From positions 308,698,001-308,762,000 of the forward strand of contig CM097883.1 in NCBI GenBank assembly GCA_044892505.1: a stretch of DNA of 64,000 bases, in the 5' to 3' direction. Positions 61,860-64,000 of this stretch are shown piece by piece. This DNA is from Schmidtea nova (taxonomy: Eukaryota). The position numbers were made by a program, and so were the translations under genes. The first letter of the stretch is position 1, and each line of letters begins with the position of its first letter. Under the pieces are notes generated by a model that saw only the letters and a list, made by a program, of their open reading frames with translations, did no database searches and was not told where the DNA came from.

Positions 61860-62099
61860 NNNNNNNNNNNNNNNNNNNNNNNNNNNNNNNNNNNNNNNNN
61901 NNNNNNNNNNNNNNNNNNNNNNNNNNNNNNNNNNNNNNNNNNNNNNNNNNNNNNNNNNNNNNNNNNNNNNNNNNNNNNNNNNNNNNNNNNNNNNNNNNNN
62001 NNNNNNNNNNNNNNNNNNNNNNNNNNNNNNNNNNNNNNNNNNNNNNNNNNNNNNNNNNNNNNNNNNNNNNNNNNNNNNNNGACAAGATAAAGAACATGT

Positions 62100-62460
62100 G
62101 CTTTAATATTGCCAGACTTAAAGAGCGGTGATTAAATGCATGTGCCTAACAGACAAGCTGGGCAAGTAATCGCGTCCACAAGGGTCGTCAGTGCCTCCCC
62201 CAAAGTGGGGTCAATAGGACCTGGGCATCAATAGTTCGCTATCTATAGCGATCATGTCTCGGATAATCAAGGGTAGCCAGCTACCAAGACATCACCCACA
62301 ACGTAGTGTTTCATACGTCATGAATGTGCCGGCAAGATATCGTCATAGACACTAATGACCGAAATTAATTAATATGTTGTCAAAAATAAGCAAACATCGC
62401 AGAGGCCTCCAATTTGGTTGGATAACGGTCGCCCACCGCAACGATTGGCATGCTTCGAAA
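62100..62460 (+). pseudogene. Possible Gypsy pol C-terminal remnant
   Basis: LILPDLKSGD.MHVPNRQAGQVI resembles the post-integrase L..L..GD.V.V motif of Mag/K02A2.6-like elements; weak. Confidence 0.3.
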
Positions 62461-64000
62461 AAAATAAAGGGTGAAAACAAACCCACCCACCCTAATATAT
62501 TTTAAAATAAAAAACAAATTAAATTTTTCTCTTCTTTTTGTCCTCAAGCTTCTAGTTTTATCTAAAATTAATAAGTAATTAAAAATAAAAATAAATTACC
62601 AGTCCCAAAAGTTTTTCCCGGCCCGTTGAAATAATTATCTAAAATAAAATTATTAATAAATATCATATTTGTTTTAATTAATTTTTTGTACTGAAATATA
62701 TTTATTTAAAAATAATAACAAAAATTCTATTAATATTTACTAAACACTATTTAAATTATTAGTTTACACTGAAATACAAAATGTTTCCTAAAATAATTAC
62801 TTAAAGTTAAATTAATCTTGTTTAAATTATTTATTTTCCTTAAAATGCGAAAATTTAAAATATTTATAAAAAGTTAATTTAAAATTATTATAATAAAATT
62901 TACTAATAAAATTTGTTTTAATTTACTGTTTGCATTAAAATGCATTTATTTAAAAAATAATAACAAAATTTACTAAAATACTAAATTAAATTTAAATTAT
63001 CAAAACTAAAAGTAATTTGTTTAATTCCTATTAGTGCAAAGATTTAATTAAAAAAAGTCAATTTAAATTACTACATAAGATCAATTATTATTAAATTGAC
63101 TAATTAAAATTGTTGGATTATTAATTTTCATAAAAATGTAAAAAATTTATACTTAATATTATATATAATTAATTATAATTAATGTTAATTTAATTAATTT
63201 AAAATAAAAATACTTACATAACCAAATCTTACATCTGTTTCTCCATATAGTAAACATTTCATCATACCTTAATTATCTAAATTAAAAATATATTTATAAA
63301 TAAAAAATAAACTTACAATTATCCAACTTCATATAAAACTAAACATTAAATAAAAAGTAAATTAGTTAAAAATTAAAAAGATTTCTTACTTTCTTTTTTG
63401 AATATGATCTAAAGCAAAATAATTAATTTGATATAATAAAACAAAAATACTTACTTGATTAATTTATTTTTAATAAGTTTTACTTAAACTTTGCATTAAA
63501 CTAAATTAATCTTACAAATTAATGTAAACTATAATATAAATTTGAAATTTTCATTTAATCTATAATTTGTAATATAACTTTGAAATATAACTTTTATTTA
63601 ATAATTTACAATCTAACTTATATTAAGATTTTATTTAAGAGTTTGTAATAAATTTTATTTTAACTTTAGATTTAATTTTCAATTTAGTTGAATTGTCTAA
63701 TTTTAGTGAAAAATAAGAGTTTTTCATTGAACTTTTAATAAAAATGGTTCTTGAATGCGTTCAAATTCCCATACTTATGTGTTTTTTATCAAACATTCAG
63801 ACTAATTTGATCGGAACCCCGTGTATCAAAGTTGATGGAGGTATCTTATTACATGGAATTTGATGGGTCAAAGATGATATCGACATATTAACAGTTATTT
63901 AATTTTAATGGATGGGTTCGTAATTGTACTATATTTAATATTTTATATACAAATTAACATACACGTGTGTTTTTTATCAAACATTGGGATTAATTTTATC

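Noticed and set aside
9918-62097. ORF-track entries rich in X, poly-Y, poly-L, YIYI or HYIT
   Set aside because: They are produced by N-gaps and by (TAA)n, (TA)n or 12-bp repeats and are not genes.
56667-64000. GPCR exon 3 (TM5)
   Set aside because: No acceptor followed by an open TM5-like frame was found; it is presumably beyond the window or in a gap.

Overview
AT-rich metazoan (invertebrate-type) nuclear scaffold with 10 N-gaps; the taxon cannot be fixed from sequence alone. The only host gene that looks intact is a tachykinin-receptor-like class A GPCR on the + strand. Its exon 1 (5009-5379) splices in phase to exon 2 (56484-56666) across a ~51-kb intron, and later exons lie beyond the window. 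The rest is mostly mobile DNA: a young, intact 3567-bp Gypsy-type LTR retrotransposon, a near-intact Merlin, a decayed hAT, a MULE, three mariner remnants, five Penelope-like fragments with hammerhead motifs, two decayed Polinton blocks plus a possible Polinton terminus, and two hairpin repeat families. Most notable: (1) the LTR element has no canonical TGG-starting primer-binding site; the 12 nt after its LTR are the exact reverse complement of nucleotides 1-12 of tRNA-Lys(UUU), suggesting priming by a 5' tRNA fragment. (2) Short decayed pieces of unrelated housekeeping genes (BIG/ARFGEF, DEAD-box, TPR, beta-tubulin, akirin, AMD1, ABCD) occur in the intron, four or five of them as one co-oriented mosaic, suggesting a gene-fragment capture process. 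All family calls come from motif recognition by eye, not database searches.
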